The notes beneath the pieces are model-generated. The model saw only the letters and a list, made by a program, of their open reading frames with translations. It had not been told where the DNA came from and searched no databases. Shown one piece after another: positions 12,694 to 25,454 of a DNA stretch of 64,000 nt (its first letter is position 1; each line of letters begins with the position of its first letter). Source of the DNA: Lama guanicoe (taxonomy: Eukaryota). Location: the NCBI GenBank assembly GCA_013239625.1, contig MU053873.1:1068524-1132523 (forward strand), given 5' to 3'. A program made the translations under genes and the position numbers.

Positions 12694-14348
12694 AAAATTA
12701 CCTGCCTCGGCCAAAGAAAACAGGTCAAGTGCAGACATGGAAGATAACTCAAATTAGGCTTCCCACTTTCTATCTGAAACTGACTACATGACAGAAATCA
12801 CAACTCCGTGCTTCCAAGGAGTGGTGGGAAGATCCATATGAAATGGCCACGATTTGCCATTTTTTAATTTACAAAAATGGCACTTGCCAATGGTTCTACT
12901 ATTATTATGGTAATAAGAATCTATTACTTCTAGATATGAGTATGCACCTTGATGAAAGGACATCTTCTTATCCACAGGAGAGCATAACATTATTTACAAG
13001 AGGTCCACTCAGGCCAGAGGATTATCTCCACCTCTGAAGGCACTGCTCTCCTAGGAGAGGGAGGGGCAGCAGCAGGGGTGCGGCGTCAGAGGGGAAAGCG
13101 CTCCTCAGCTAAGGGGTCATTTCCCACATGGGAGCTGCTGGGCCAGAGGCTCATGTAAGCTGAGCCTCCGCTCCCTCCAAAAAGACCAGCGTGTATTTTC
13201 TTGTTTCTGAGGTCTAGTTTTTCAACAGAACTGGAATTCTCACCATTGTGGTTGTAAGACAAACTTGAGAAGCAACTCAGCTTCCCCTGGGAAGGATGGA
13301 AGGTTGAATACAGAAAGGTAGCTTTCACGAGCACTTGTGGCGGGCGAGAAATTCCGGACCAGAAAGGGCACCCTCCAGGGCTTCGCCTTCCCACGAGACT
13401 GCGTTCCTCTCCGGTGAGGAAGCCGGCACTCACTTTGCCAAGCTCCCAGGGTACCATTTAGTTCTTGCTATAAGATGCGAGGACAAAATGTACCAGATGC
13501 AAGTCATTCCATTTTGAACACAGTAACTTGTTTACCTCGAGCTAAGAGAGAAGCCAAACTGGGAAATAGGCCAAATGAAGGAAACTGGATGAGTCGGTAC
13601 CCAAGGAGGGCAGGAGAACCAAACGCGGCTGTAGGCTCCTGGAGTCCTCTGGGTCCCCAGGGGCCACTCTTACATCCTCGCCTCCTGTGAGCAGCACCCA
13701 CTCCAGGGTACACAGTCTTTACAACTCTTAATGCAGGTCCTACCTGCTCCTTCGCTGTAAGGGTTGCAGGACAGAGATCACTGCTCCATGTGAAGAGGAG
13801 CCTGGGCTCAGGAGGTTGCACGTCCAGAGAAACCTGGAGTCAGCTGGACCCACGTTCAAACCAGCCCCTCTAACCCCCTCCCCCGACTAGACCCCTGAGT
13901 CACTGGTCATACGCCCTTCCCAGGAAAGGAACAATAAATGACTTTTTAATTATTCTCTGGATTTAAGGGAGACAGAAGTAAAATTAACTTTTATCCGTCT
14001 CCAAATCTATCCATTGCTGATTTCTTGCCTGCCTAGTGGGCACGCAAATAGCTGTGCCAGATAAACTGGTTACTACATTTCAGCGAAGACAAAACTCATT
14101 CCAATGACTTATAACCTCAGCTCTTGTTAATCGGACAGAAGAGTCATTTGCTTCTCAAAGCATCCTTCCTCCCACCCACAAAGTTCTCCACACTCCCCCA
14201 ACTGAGCACAACAAACATTTGTTCTCACCTCTAAACATGGTACAAACTCAGGGGAGGCAGTCTTGCTAGATGCACTGCAGTAGACAAGGTCGCAGAAAGA
14301 GTGAGCATTACGAGCCAATCAGAAAGCAATCTGTAAGTTTATAAGCTC

Positions 14349-14455
14349 CTTCAATAAATTTACTGAGCACCCTCTGGGAGTCATGCACCGTAAAGGTGCT
14401 GTGAGTGACACAGTGAAATCAGACCGAGGATCCCTCCTGGCATGGCTGCAGACGA
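14349..14455 (-). mobile_element. L2 3' end fragment
   Basis: ttcaataaatttactgagcacc...aggtgctg...acacagtgaa. Confidence 0.65.
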
Positions 14456-15357
14456 TAACCCTCAGCTTGGGATTCTGTGACTGTGAGTATCATCTTGTAG
14501 CCACGCCACCAAAGCAGAACCTCAGAACTGCAAAGCCCCTCGACAAAGATGGAATTGGAAAGCACTGTCCTGCTCCAAACCATAAAGCTGTAAAAACCAA
14601 ACACTGTCATAAACTAAAGACACTCCACATTAATCTACACTACCATTCTCTTCCAAATACAGCCTCGAACAAAAAGCCCTGAATTCTGCACAATATGCAT
14701 ATTACCTTCTCTAGACCTGATTCAAATCTTAACAGTCATGATGTGCTGGGAGGGGACATGCCAGTTGGGACTCCTGGTGCCCCTTGACCCAACTTGGCTG
14801 CTAAGACCCTTAGCGCTAAAGATATTTTGGGATGAAAAGCAGTCATGGCTGTTAGGCCCTATTTTCCCTCCAGAATTGACCCAACTTGATTCCAAAGCCC
14901 TCTAGGACCATTAATCCCCCAGACCCGAAGTGATGGAAACCCCCCTCTACAGGACGCCTGCAATGCCTGGAGGTCTAAGAAGCATGAACACCTCGCTCAG
15001 TTCTCAGCTCTGTCACAGGTGAGCTAAAGCAGGAATGCGTGAAGCCCTCCACACGCACCTCACGTACTGCTTTGGGCAATTAAGTAATTTTTTGCTCAGC
15101 TCAAGGTTCAATGAGCTAGCAGGGAAACTCTCTGTCAGAGCAGGTGACTTCAAAGGACTGAAAGATACCCTTGCTTTACAGATACACCTCTCTTCCTGGA
15201 GGAGAAAAGGCAAAACTAGCTTCCCCAAATTCTCCAATGCTACACTCTTGGTCACACAGAAAACACCAGCCCCAGAAAAGGGAAGGAAAGAAAGTCAGGA
15301 GGTCCCTTTGTCTCTAGGACACATGAGATTTTATCCAATGTAAGAAGCTGCTGCTAA

Positions 15358-15382
15358 AAATAAATAAATAAATAAATAAAAT
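15358..15382. repeat. (TAAA)n microsatellite
   Basis: aaataaataaataaataaataaaat. Confidence 0.9.
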
Positions 15383-15999
15383 TAAAAAAACAGAAATCAA
15401 AGGCTGCTCAGAAAACCTAACTATGTCATCAGACACTTCCATCTAACAGGAAAGATTTACAGGTATTAGCGCGAACTATCCATCACCTTATCTGTACTAC
15501 ATACCTGTCCAGTCCCTTCTACTTCAGAGCAGGCCTCACACATCACTTTACAAGCCCATTTCCGTTCCAGAAAGCAGCCTGCAAAGAACACACTCCCTAC
15601 TTGAAGGCATAACTTGCCAAGCCAGACGTCGCTGTCGCTAACCATTGCTGTGGTACTTGATCTGCTCTAACAATGGACAGGGTCGCCTCCCACCAGCCAG
15701 GTGGGCCAACCAGCTCCTCCGTCCCAGGGGCACAGTGAACCCTTCCCCCCCATCCTGCCCAGCCTATGGGACCTCTGAGGGCCGTCAGTGGGGTAAGTGG
15801 AAGGATGGCTTATTGTATGGTTTCTAAGCCATGTTTGGTACTGGAAGTCCTTTCTGTCAACCAATCCTTGAGGAAATCCACAGAGGAGTCTAGGTAGTAC
15901 ATAGGTGGACTTTTTAAAAACAATATACATATATTCATTTACCATGAATTAGAAAAGATAACAAGCATAAATTCTTGGTAAAATTTCCTTTAAAGAATA

Positions 16000-16153
16000 C
16001 TATATTTCAACAAAGTTGAGACACCATCAACCAAACACCTTTGAATAGCAAAGAAAAAATTAAGCTAGGACACGCCACGGATTTTAAGACATTCCAATGT
16101 CAGAGATGATAAGCTACCAAAAAAGCAAAGCATCTAAGAATCAACAAAATAAG
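16000..16153 (-). mobile_element. MER104-like TcMar-Tc2 element
   Basis: ta|ctatatttcaacaaagttgagacaccatcaa ... gattttaagacattccaatgtcagagatg...gcatctaagaatcaacaaaataag: degenerate TIRs of the MER104/Kanga type. Confidence 0.6.
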
Positions 16154-16274
16154 TTATTTCAGCTTTTGGAATTACAGTCACTTTAAAAAAATATTAAATA
16201 AATGGCTGAACAAGAGGCACACAGGCATGGTAGGAACTGTGCAGGTGTTACAAGAATGACTGAATTACACAGCA

Positions 16275-16445
16275 GCACGCAGAGCGAGCTGTGTGCCAGG
16301 CCCTTTCCTCGGTGCTTTATGTAACTGAGCATATTTCATCTTTAAAAGACCCATCGACGTGGGACCACGTCGTGCCCATTTTCAGAGAAGGAAAGTACAG
16401 TGCGACGGGGGTGGATGCCCCGCCCAATGTCACACACGTCACACA
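16275..16445 (-). mobile_element. MIR SINE
   Basis: tgtgtgccaggccc...gtgctttat...cccattttcagagaaggaaa...gcccaatgtcacac. Confidence 0.7.
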
Positions 16446-18629
16446 CACAGATGCCCAGGTGAGGAGCCCAGCCCGCTGCTCCTCTTAGGCTTCCCCAGAG
16501 AGCTCCAGGAGGGACCATGCGGAATCACCAACATTCAACTATTTCTGACTTACGGAATTGGCAAGTTCAAAGGATTCCACCCAATAGATGCATGAGCCAT
16601 TTGTTAAACGTCTGATTAACCACTGACACATGACTGACTGGAGTGAATTCCTTTCAAGACACAGTGGAACCTCGGTCATGGGTGGCACGTCCCTAACCTC
16701 CATACAAAACCCTGAAATTCTGAAATATTCTAGACTGTTTACCTACAGCCCCCTTTATCTTCCTCACTCAGATTCCAGTCTCCAGAATCAGTCAAAGGAG
16801 AGAAAGGAATACTTTGTAGGAGAAAGGTATGAAAAGGAGAAATTTAACTATTTTCTCTTCCTAAACTTAAGGGCTGGCCCCCAGGCAATTTCAAAGCAAC
16901 CTTAAAAGACAACTAATAATTCTCCAGGTTGATCTTTCACAGGCTATGGCCTCGCCCCTGTCAAGCTGTGGCTAAAGCTAGTGGCTGGAGGGCAAAAGCC
17001 CTAACCTAGAGTTAGCCAAATACTTCTTGAGATGAATGATTCAGTTTAAGGACACAGAATATCAGGGGTTATGCCTCAGGATCTGTTTCTAAAAATAATC
17101 AGGTAATAAATGAGCCAAAAAGCAGGGGCCTCCAGCCACCATGCCTTTCCCGCTAGCACCTGCATGCAGGGCTGCACGTGGTCCAGCTCCAGCCAGCACC
17201 CTTCACGCCCCAGCCTCACCTATTCTGAGATGAATGGGGCCCCTGGAGTTGTGCAACACGGGGGCCCTTCCTGCACGTATGGAGAGAAGGAGCTCAGGTT
17301 TCTAATAACTCTGGGCAAATGCCCAGAGAAGATCTGAAGTTAAGCAGAAACCTGATACACAAAACTGTGATCATCACGGAGGAAGGCAAGGAAAAACCTG
17401 GATCTTATTTTAGGAAAATACTTTATTCTGACATTTAAATCAAAATAACTAAGAGTCAAGGACTTGGAGCGGGTCAGTACTCCTTCTGGTTCTAAGAGCG
17501 GCAGCCCCTGACATGGGAACCTCTTTCTATTTCTTTGTAACTTGCAAAGCTCATTTTCATTACTAATATACCTCCATTAACTCCTAATTCCAAAGAAGTT
17601 TTAAATACACACATTCTCAAACACGTTCTTCTTTTTTTTAATCGTCAAAGCTCAGCACCAGAAAAAATTAACTCAAGCCAGAGAAGATTATCTTCATAAA
17701 CATTATGTTCTTAATAGAAGTAGACTGCTCTTTCCCCCTTAAGCAAAATAGAACATTATGCAGTGTCTTTTGTACTCGGCTTTCAAAATGTGAATGGGAA
17801 CACTTTTCCAAAGTCACGAATATACAAAAGGACCAAACAAAATTGCAAAAAAACATGGAAATGAAAAACTTCTCTCTGCTGAAAGGAACTGTTCTTTGTT
17901 GATAAAGGGAGGTTCAAACATATTTTAAATATTTTTAAACAAAGGCCTAGCTGATGTCCCTTAATCCATCCATCCAGCTCAGCTTTCTGCGCGGGCAGCT
18001 GCCGCGGCGGAGGGCCCGTCCAGAAGGGAGGGCCAGAGGCATTTCCTCAGCGTCCCACATTCCTGGGGGACACGGGACTTAGCGAAGTTAACAGCAATTT
18101 TCAGCCTCCAATGCAAGCACAACAACATCTTCATAAAAGTTTTACAAGGACATCCTGGCAAGAACCGAACGACCACGAAGAGCAGTGTTTCGGGGCCCCG
18201 AGCTTTCCAGCAGCTCGCTTTTCTTGGCCACCTCTCCTCGCTGTGTGGTGCAAATGGGCGGTCAGCGGGGAACCCACAGGAGGGTCCCATGGAAAAAGCA
18301 CTTGGGGAAAATAAAGCCAAATAATACCCATCCTGGCTCAACACGCCATGCTCCACAGGACCTTGGAGCAAGCGGAGGCCAGTGAGATGTCAACATCTCA
18401 TCAATGCAGGGGACAGCATGGAAGCAGACGCACAGAGCTGCCTGCCACCAGGTCCAGCGCCATCTCTCTCCATCCCTCTAGAAGACGCCCCCTCAGCCTT
18501 GTTCTCCTCAGTAGTGGGGACACTAAGGGAGCGCTGCTGAGCAGGACCCTCACACAGGGGCAGCATGGGCCACTCTGGGAGACCATCCATGGTGCTACCT
18601 GTGGAACAAAGGTCCAAGGTGAATAGCAG

Positions 18630-19045
18630 AACCATGGGGCCGAGAGAGAGTGGTCAGCCTTGAAGTCAGTACTGGCGTCTCACAGTCCAGGAGGTGAGAA
18701 GTCAGAGGTCAGGGTGTCCGACGGAGAGTCTGTCCCAGGCCTCCCTTAGCTGCTGTGGAGCGGCTGGCCGTCTCTGGCGTTCCTTGGTTTGTAGAATCAT
18801 CACCCCATCGCTGCTGGGTTTGTAGAATCATCATTCCATCTTCACGTGTCTGGGTCCCAACTTTCCCGTCCTATAAGGACACCAGTCATATTTGATCAGG
18901 ACCCACCCTAATGAGCTCACCTTAACTTGAGGAGTCTGTGAAGACTCCATCTCCAAATAAGGTCACATTCTGAGGGACTAGGGGTTAAAACTTCAACATA
19001 TGAATGGAGGGTGGGGTGGGGAAGGATGTTATTCTACTCCCCAGA
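18630..19045 (-). mobile_element. MLT1B/C-like MaLR solo LTR
   Basis: tctcacagtccaggaggtgagaagtc...tataaggacaccagtcatatt...cccaccctaatgagctcaccttaactt...tccaaataaggtcacattctgagg...aacttcaacatatgaat. Confidence 0.9.
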
Positions 19046-19808
19046 AGAAGGCCCTTGGAGACCCACTGGTCGCTGAGAAAGAAAGGGCTCTGTAAGAAAT
19101 TAGCATTTCCATGCTTTAGCATCTTTCACAATAAGTAAATACAGAAGCCAAAAGTCTGTATCACAATGTAGGAATAAGTTAAATGAATAATTTTTTTAAG
19201 TGGGTGGAAAGATGTGGGAGGGAAACACAGGCAAGGTGCCATCACAGGGGGAAACAGGAAAAATGAGATGTAAAATGATACATTCATAGACTGTTCTGGC
19301 AGAGGCCTGCTGCCAGTAGCTGTACGGTAGATTCTCAGGGTTTGGCAAGATATAAAAGAGGACAGGACCCAAAACACATTAATGGCCTAGCTATGGCTTC
19401 AGATTGAGTCATAATTGGCTGGGAAATGGGGCTCACCTTACAATTCCGTGAACTGCTAAGTTTGAGTCCCATGCCATTCAGTGAGGATTTACATGGCGGG
19501 ATGGGGACACTGCCAGCCAGTGGCCTGGGCTTGAGCTAGAGACCTATCTAGGGTTTTCAGAGTAAGGAGTGTCCTGAGAGACACACACATAAAGGAAGGC
19601 CCAAAGGGCCATAGTCTTCTCAAACTCAAAACACGGAATATGGAAACACCACATTTGGCAAAGGTGGGTGATGACTAGGGTCCTTTTCTTGGATGAAAAA
19701 AAACTAGGAAAGCATTTTATTTTCAAAGAAGCCTCAGTGATGATGGCTCTGTGATTCTGAATGCTGAAGACTGGGAAGAATGAACCAACTACAAGATGCA
19801 GACTATAT

Positions 19809-19840
19809 ACACACACATAAACACACACACACACACACAC
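19809..19840. repeat. (CA)n microsatellite, interrupted
   Basis: acacacacataaacacacacacacacacacac. Confidence 0.9.
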
Positions 19841-19943
19841 AGTCACTATCACCCTGCAAGTGTGTGCCAACATTCTCAGATACCAGAGGGGCAAGTTACT
19901 TCAAAACAATTTCATCCCAATTTCCATTAAATGCCATCTAGCC

Positions 19944-21393
19944 CATTGGTTCTCAAAGTCCAGTCTGCAAGTTCCCGGCCAGGGGAAGGGGTGGGGAGTA
20001 GGGAGTTGAGGGGTGGGTAGGGGTCCTTAAACCTTTTCAGAGAATCTGTGAGGGCAAAACTATTTTTGTAATAACACTAAGACAACAACTGCCTTCTACG
20101 TTGTGTTGACATTTGCGCTGATGGTGCAAATGCAACAGTGGGGAAAATATGCTGTGTGAATCAAGGCCGTGGCTCCAGACTGCACCCTGATTACTGTGTA
20201 CTCACAATGAGAAAAAGGAGTTTCCTTGAGAATGTTGATGAAGCAATACTGATGAAGAACATCGATGAAGTAATAACAACTATTTTTATTTTATGATTTT
20301 TTATTTTATTAGCTCTTGACGTCTGAGTACATGCTTTTTAATATTCTGGGCGACAAAGCGGGAAGTACACACAGTGGACTTCTGCTGCACACCAAAGCGC
20401 CTTGGGTCTCGGCACTCATGGGATTCAGAGTTGCAAGCTGAACTAGCCACTTTTTTATGGGACCCCATTTCTGCTTAAAAGAACAACTTACAAAGTCTGG
20501 TGGCACAGATGGGTGCAAGGCAGACCTTTTCTCACAAACGGATTAAGTGAGCTTGCCACCTCAAGGAAAACACCTGACAACATGTGTTGCCAATGATAAA
20601 ATTTGAGCTTCCAAGCAAAATTAGGACTTTGCAGACTTTGTATCTACCACCATGAGCTTGACAGAATCCCAACACTACTTAAAGACTTTGCTATTGGGAA
20701 GGATGAGAATATTAGCAAACCTAATTTTTAATACTGTAAAATGAAACGTGTAAGCATCTGAAAGAGCTGCACGACTCGGTATTTTCTAAATGTCCAACGC
20801 GTGGTAACACAAAACCAGTCATTCCTAACAGACCCGTTCCACGAGTGAGCAAGACCAAAGGATTTCAACGTGGAAGAGTATGAAGAGTTCATCAATGTGG
20901 TTTCAAAGGTTCCACGTTACAATGAACCTTCAGGAAGCCACCTCTTGCTGAGTTTTGATGCAATATCAAAGAACATCCACAATTATCTTAAGAAGCTAAT
21001 AAAATGCTCCTCCCTTTTTCAACTATGTTATCTGTGTCAAGCCAGATTTTCTTCCTATACTTCACTCAAAGCACACTGTAACAGACTGGGTGCAGAAGTA
21101 CAAGTGAGAATTCAACTATCTTCTATTAAACCAGACATTATAGAGATTTACAGAAATACAGAGCAAGACCACTCTTTTCACTATATTTTCCAAAACATAA
21201 TACTATTTCATAAAAAAATGTTAGTTCTGTTAACAGGAATTAAGTTTGTTATTATTTTAAAATATATTTTTTAATTAAGTATTTTTAAAGTTTCTGTTTT
21301 AATTTCTCATCTGGTAAATATTGGTAGATACACCCTACATAAAAAAAATCTCTTTATGTAGTCCTTAATACTTTTTGAGCATTAAGGACTCTA
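19944..21393 (+). mobile_element. Charlie1a-like hAT DNA transposon (~1.45 kb) with decayed transposase remnant
   Basis: Left end cattggttctcaaagt...caaaactatttttgtaataacactaagac; gttgacatttgcgctgatggtgcaaa; the frame of ORF 20870-21274 gives YLCQARFSSYTSLKAHCNRLGAEVQVRIQLSSIKPDIIEIY, resembling the Charlie/Buster transposase C-terminal dimerisation region; right end truncated. Confidence 0.92.
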
Positions 21394-21885
21394 ACAATAA
21401 TAAAAAGAATTATCCAATTTAAGTGGGCAAAGGATCTGAGTAGCCATTTTTCCAAAGATATACTAATGACCAATAAGAACTGGAAAGATACTTAATATCA
21501 TCAGCCTCAGGGAAATGGAATCAGAACACGAGGTATTACTTCACACGTACTAGGATGACTGTAATCAAAAAGACAGAAATCAAGAGTGTTGATGAGGACA
21601 CTGAGAAATTGGAACCCATACACTGCTGGTAAGAATGTGAAATGGTGCAACCACTTGGGAAAACAGTGTGGCAGCCCCTCAGAACATGAACCATATAGTT
21701 ACCACATGACCTAGCAATTCCACTCATAGGTTTACACTCAAGGGTAACAAAAACATGTCCACACAAAGACTTGTACGTGAATGTTCACAGCAGCGTTGTT
21801 TATAGTAACCAGAGAGTGGAAACAACCCAAATAATCATCAACTGATGAATGGATAAATAAAATGTGGTGTCTGTACAATGTAACG
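21393..21885 (+). mobile_element. L1M ORF2 3' fragment
   Basis: gtgggcaaaggatctgag, gagaaattggaaccc, gacctagcaattccactc, atgttcacagcagc, gatgaatggataaataaaatgtgg. Confidence 0.92.
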
Positions 21886-22924
21886 TTACAGTAATAGATG
21901 GTTAATAACAGGATGCCAGCTAAAAGAAAATTCCATCTAGACACCTGTGGATTCCCACATGTGCCTATTTAAAGGAGTCAAAATAGAAGAGACTGTTAAA
22001 AAACTAAACCCTCTAGAGAGCCAACGCTAACTTCACTAGTCCCTCCCACAAGATGAGCCCAGTAGAAGCTAATTTGACCCTTATTCCAGCAATCTAGACT
22101 TGACTCTCAATGCCTTCCCAAAAAATGACTGCTGTATTTATCTTCCCCCGAGTTTCCTGAGTAACTGGTGACAGTGAGGGATGAAGGAACATAAGGCTTG
22201 CCAGCCCATGATTTCATAGCTACTCATCCCTCTAGCTCAACCAACCTCACAGTCAAGTTCACCTGAATGGAGAGCACAGACCTTCTGACCTTCAGCAGCC
22301 ATCATCTGCTACTGCCAAACACAAATGAAACCCACCCTCCAGTCCCCCAAACCCTCTTCCACCACTCGGATGGCCCTAGGTAACCTGCTCATAGAACCAT
22401 CACCTGCTAATACTTGCCATTCTTCCCAATTCAGACACATTTCCAAATAAAGGCTGGGTCCATAACCCAAGGCTGGGTGGGTGATTTCAACCACCAACGA
22501 ACAGAAGGGCTCCCAAAGCTCACTGCCATTCATCTGCCTTTAGCAAGCAGACAGTCCACCTGGACTCTGCCGGAAAGAACCAATACAAACACCAATGCCC
22601 ATAAACTAGTAAGTCACTTTGAAGTCAGGCATCATTGTGTGATTACAAAAGATGATATATTATTTTACTGAATTCCTGCTAAGGGATAGAACTTCCTTTT
22701 GGATAAAACCACAACTTCTTAAAGCCACAGAGCTATTTCTCCCACACAAAGAATGGTGGCATTAATTAAAAAAACAAACAAACAAACCCACAAGCACATA
22801 CTAATGACAAAAAAGCAAAGAACAGATGCATTATCTTGGTTCACCTGTTTAAAAAATACTTGGCTTTAAATGAAAATATTCTCAATGTACTTTTTGGGGC
22901 GGGGACAGGGAATCAATTTTTAAA

Positions 22925-23520
22925 ATGTCTCAGCTTATAAAAGTAATATCTGATTACTGAAGAATGTGGAATATGAAGAAAATTAACATACCCCCAAATC
23001 TCATTATCAGAGAAAAAAGCCGGAAGGAAGAATTTCATTACAGTCTTTTTTCTATGCATGCCATGCAACTTTTCTCATTTTTTAACTAAACAAAATTAGG
23101 ATCATACGATATATTGTATTCTATTCTGCTTTCTTTCACTTATAAGCATTTTCCCTTGACATTAAATACTCTCAAACAATTTCAATGTCTGCATAGAACT
23201 CTACCATATGAACAAAGGTGCTGTCACTTAGCCAGCCCTTGACTGTTAGATATTCTCACTGTTGGTAACTTTTATCATAAATAATGTATTAGAGGACATC
23301 CTCACAAAATGTATCTGATTTTTTTTTTTTGGATTAAATTCCTAGAAGAAAAACTGTTGAATCAAGGAGTATGAATTTTTTTAAGGCTCTTGCTACATAT
23401 GTACTGCTACAAAAAACGCTCCTAGCAGCAGTGCATAAAAATGTCCATTTTCTTGTAACTTTTAATTAAAATGGGTGCTAATACTATTTTAGCCTTTGCC
23501 ACTTGGATTAAAAAAAAAAA
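22925..23520 (-). mobile_element. Old L1ME 3' fragment
   Basis: ttataaaagtaatat...aaaattaggatcatac...ggattaaattcctagaag...gaatcaaggagtatgaa...tcctagcagcagtgcata. Confidence 0.72.
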
Positions 23521-25415
23521 AGGTTACTTTTTGTTTTAATCCAGGATTCCTTTGGAACCCCTGCTGCTCCACAGTATTCCCATTCTGTCCTTGTCCCCAC
23601 CTCATCCCAGGCAAGTTCCCTGAACAGAAATCCACGCACATCAGGGGCTATCCAAGTGAGACAGGGGCCACAGATCAGGGGATTCTGCTGCTTTAATGAA
23701 AGAGAAAACTTGATGCTTTGGGGGAAAGCAGGGGTGTTTAAATGTGTGAAGATTTAGGTAATTTGGCAATTCCCAGAGCTCAGATTACATCAGGAAGCAA
23801 ATTTAGTGCCAACACACAAACACTTGGTTTGTGGGGGGGCTGGGTGGAGGAGAGGGGCCAAATGGTGCCCTCCTGCTCCTGTGAGTGCTGATCACATTTT
23901 TTTAAAAAAAGTAAATGAAATAGCTTCAATAAGGAAATCACTGCAGCATCTATTTCCAACTTATCTCACAACCAGGGCAATCCTACACACTTAAAACTGT
24001 GTTAGAGTCAGCACAAATATCCCTTCCACACCCCACTGCCCCCCACCCCAAACTTATATTCTGGAAAGAGAAAGCACAGGCCGAAGGGACGCTGGGAACC
24101 CTAAAAGAAATGTGCTAACAGCAGGCCCCTACCCCCAGCCTGGTAAATCTCTCATCTATAATCCAACACAAGAGACAACAGGCAAACAGCAAGAGGTCAT
24201 CTTCAAAGGGCTGGTTGCCACGGGAAGCAAGTGTAGAGGCAGCAAGCATGTCCCCATCAAAGTCCGGCAGCTGCAGAAGAGCCACAAAGGTACAGCTCCC
24301 TCATAGCCAGCACGAGGGGGGGAGGGGGCACAGGAGGAGGAGATGGAGGAGGATGGGGAGAGAAAAACATCAGACCGGCAGCAGCTGCCCAGTGGAACAT
24401 AAAACCTGGCAGTTTTGTGTTGTTCAGCAAGGGGGAAAGTAGGGGAAGAAATACAGAAAACAGCCTTTCCTGAACTTGCCTTTTTAAGCCCCAGTCAAAG
24501 CTTTCAGTGTACCTGCACATCAGCCAGGTAAAACCATGGCCATTAGTGACAAAATGGCAAGCACCGGCTGTAAGCACCATCTCAGGACAAATGTGATTAT
24601 CTCCCAGTAGGAAAATCCCTAAATCCTTGGTCCAAAATGCCCCCTTCCCAACCAGCCACAAAGAAGAGTGGACCTACCATTTGTCCACAGAACCTACACA
24701 GGGGAATCGGAGGGCAGGAGCTGCCCTCCCCCTTCCAGGTAAAAGGCACACAAGTCAACAGGCTTCGCAGCCCCTAAGTAAACCCCTCAAACAGCCCCTT
24801 CACATCTGAGCTCTCCGACCCCACGTGTAGCGCTGGCACCCAGCAATCACACGGGACTGGGGAAGAGACAGCTAGAGAATCGAGTCCCTCACTCTGAACG
24901 AAGAGAGACCCTGGGATACCACCCCCCCCCTCACGTAGAAGCCACGTCTCCCAACTCCCGGGAGATGGGCAGCAGACAACCAGAAAGGTCTAGGGACAAG
25001 GAGAGGGGCTAAAAGCCGGGTCTTCGTTCCTCACTTCATTTCCAGCTGCCACTCAATGGCCTGATGTGCTGTAGGAAAGTTCTGAAAGAAAGTGCTTCCA
25101 ACAGCAGTCCGTCTGTTGGGTTTAGCGGGTTTTCACGAAGTCAGGCAGGTGCCAGGCAGGTGGACACATCTGTACGTCCTTGCCCCGCTCTCCGCATCTG
25201 GACTACATGGCTCTGCTGAGAAAGTGCTCAGACCCTCAAAGGAGGTATCAAAATGATTTCCTGAAACAGGTGACAGGTTTGCGGGGCTAGAAGTACACAC
25301 ACCAAGGGTGCAGGACCGAGACTGCATCACAGAACCACATCCCACATGAAAGGGCAAAGCTGAAACAGCGTGGGTGATTACTTCCAGGGGAAACACTCAG
25401 AAGTCAGAGACTTAC

Positions 25416-25454
25416 GTTATCTGCTGTTATCAACAACTCTGTCTTCACCACATT
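25416..25454 (-). other. Candidate 39-nt cassette or UTR exon
   Basis: Minus strand: catattttatatctgcag|AATGTGGTGAAGACAGAGTTGTTGATAACAGCAGATAAC|gtaagt; consensus donor; only phase 0 is stop-free (NVVKTELLITADN). Confidence 0.4.

Noticed and set aside
20870..21274. Possible domesticated transposase gene
   Set aside because: Only a short C-terminal remnant is in frame; the rest of the Charlie1a is broken by stops and frameshifts.
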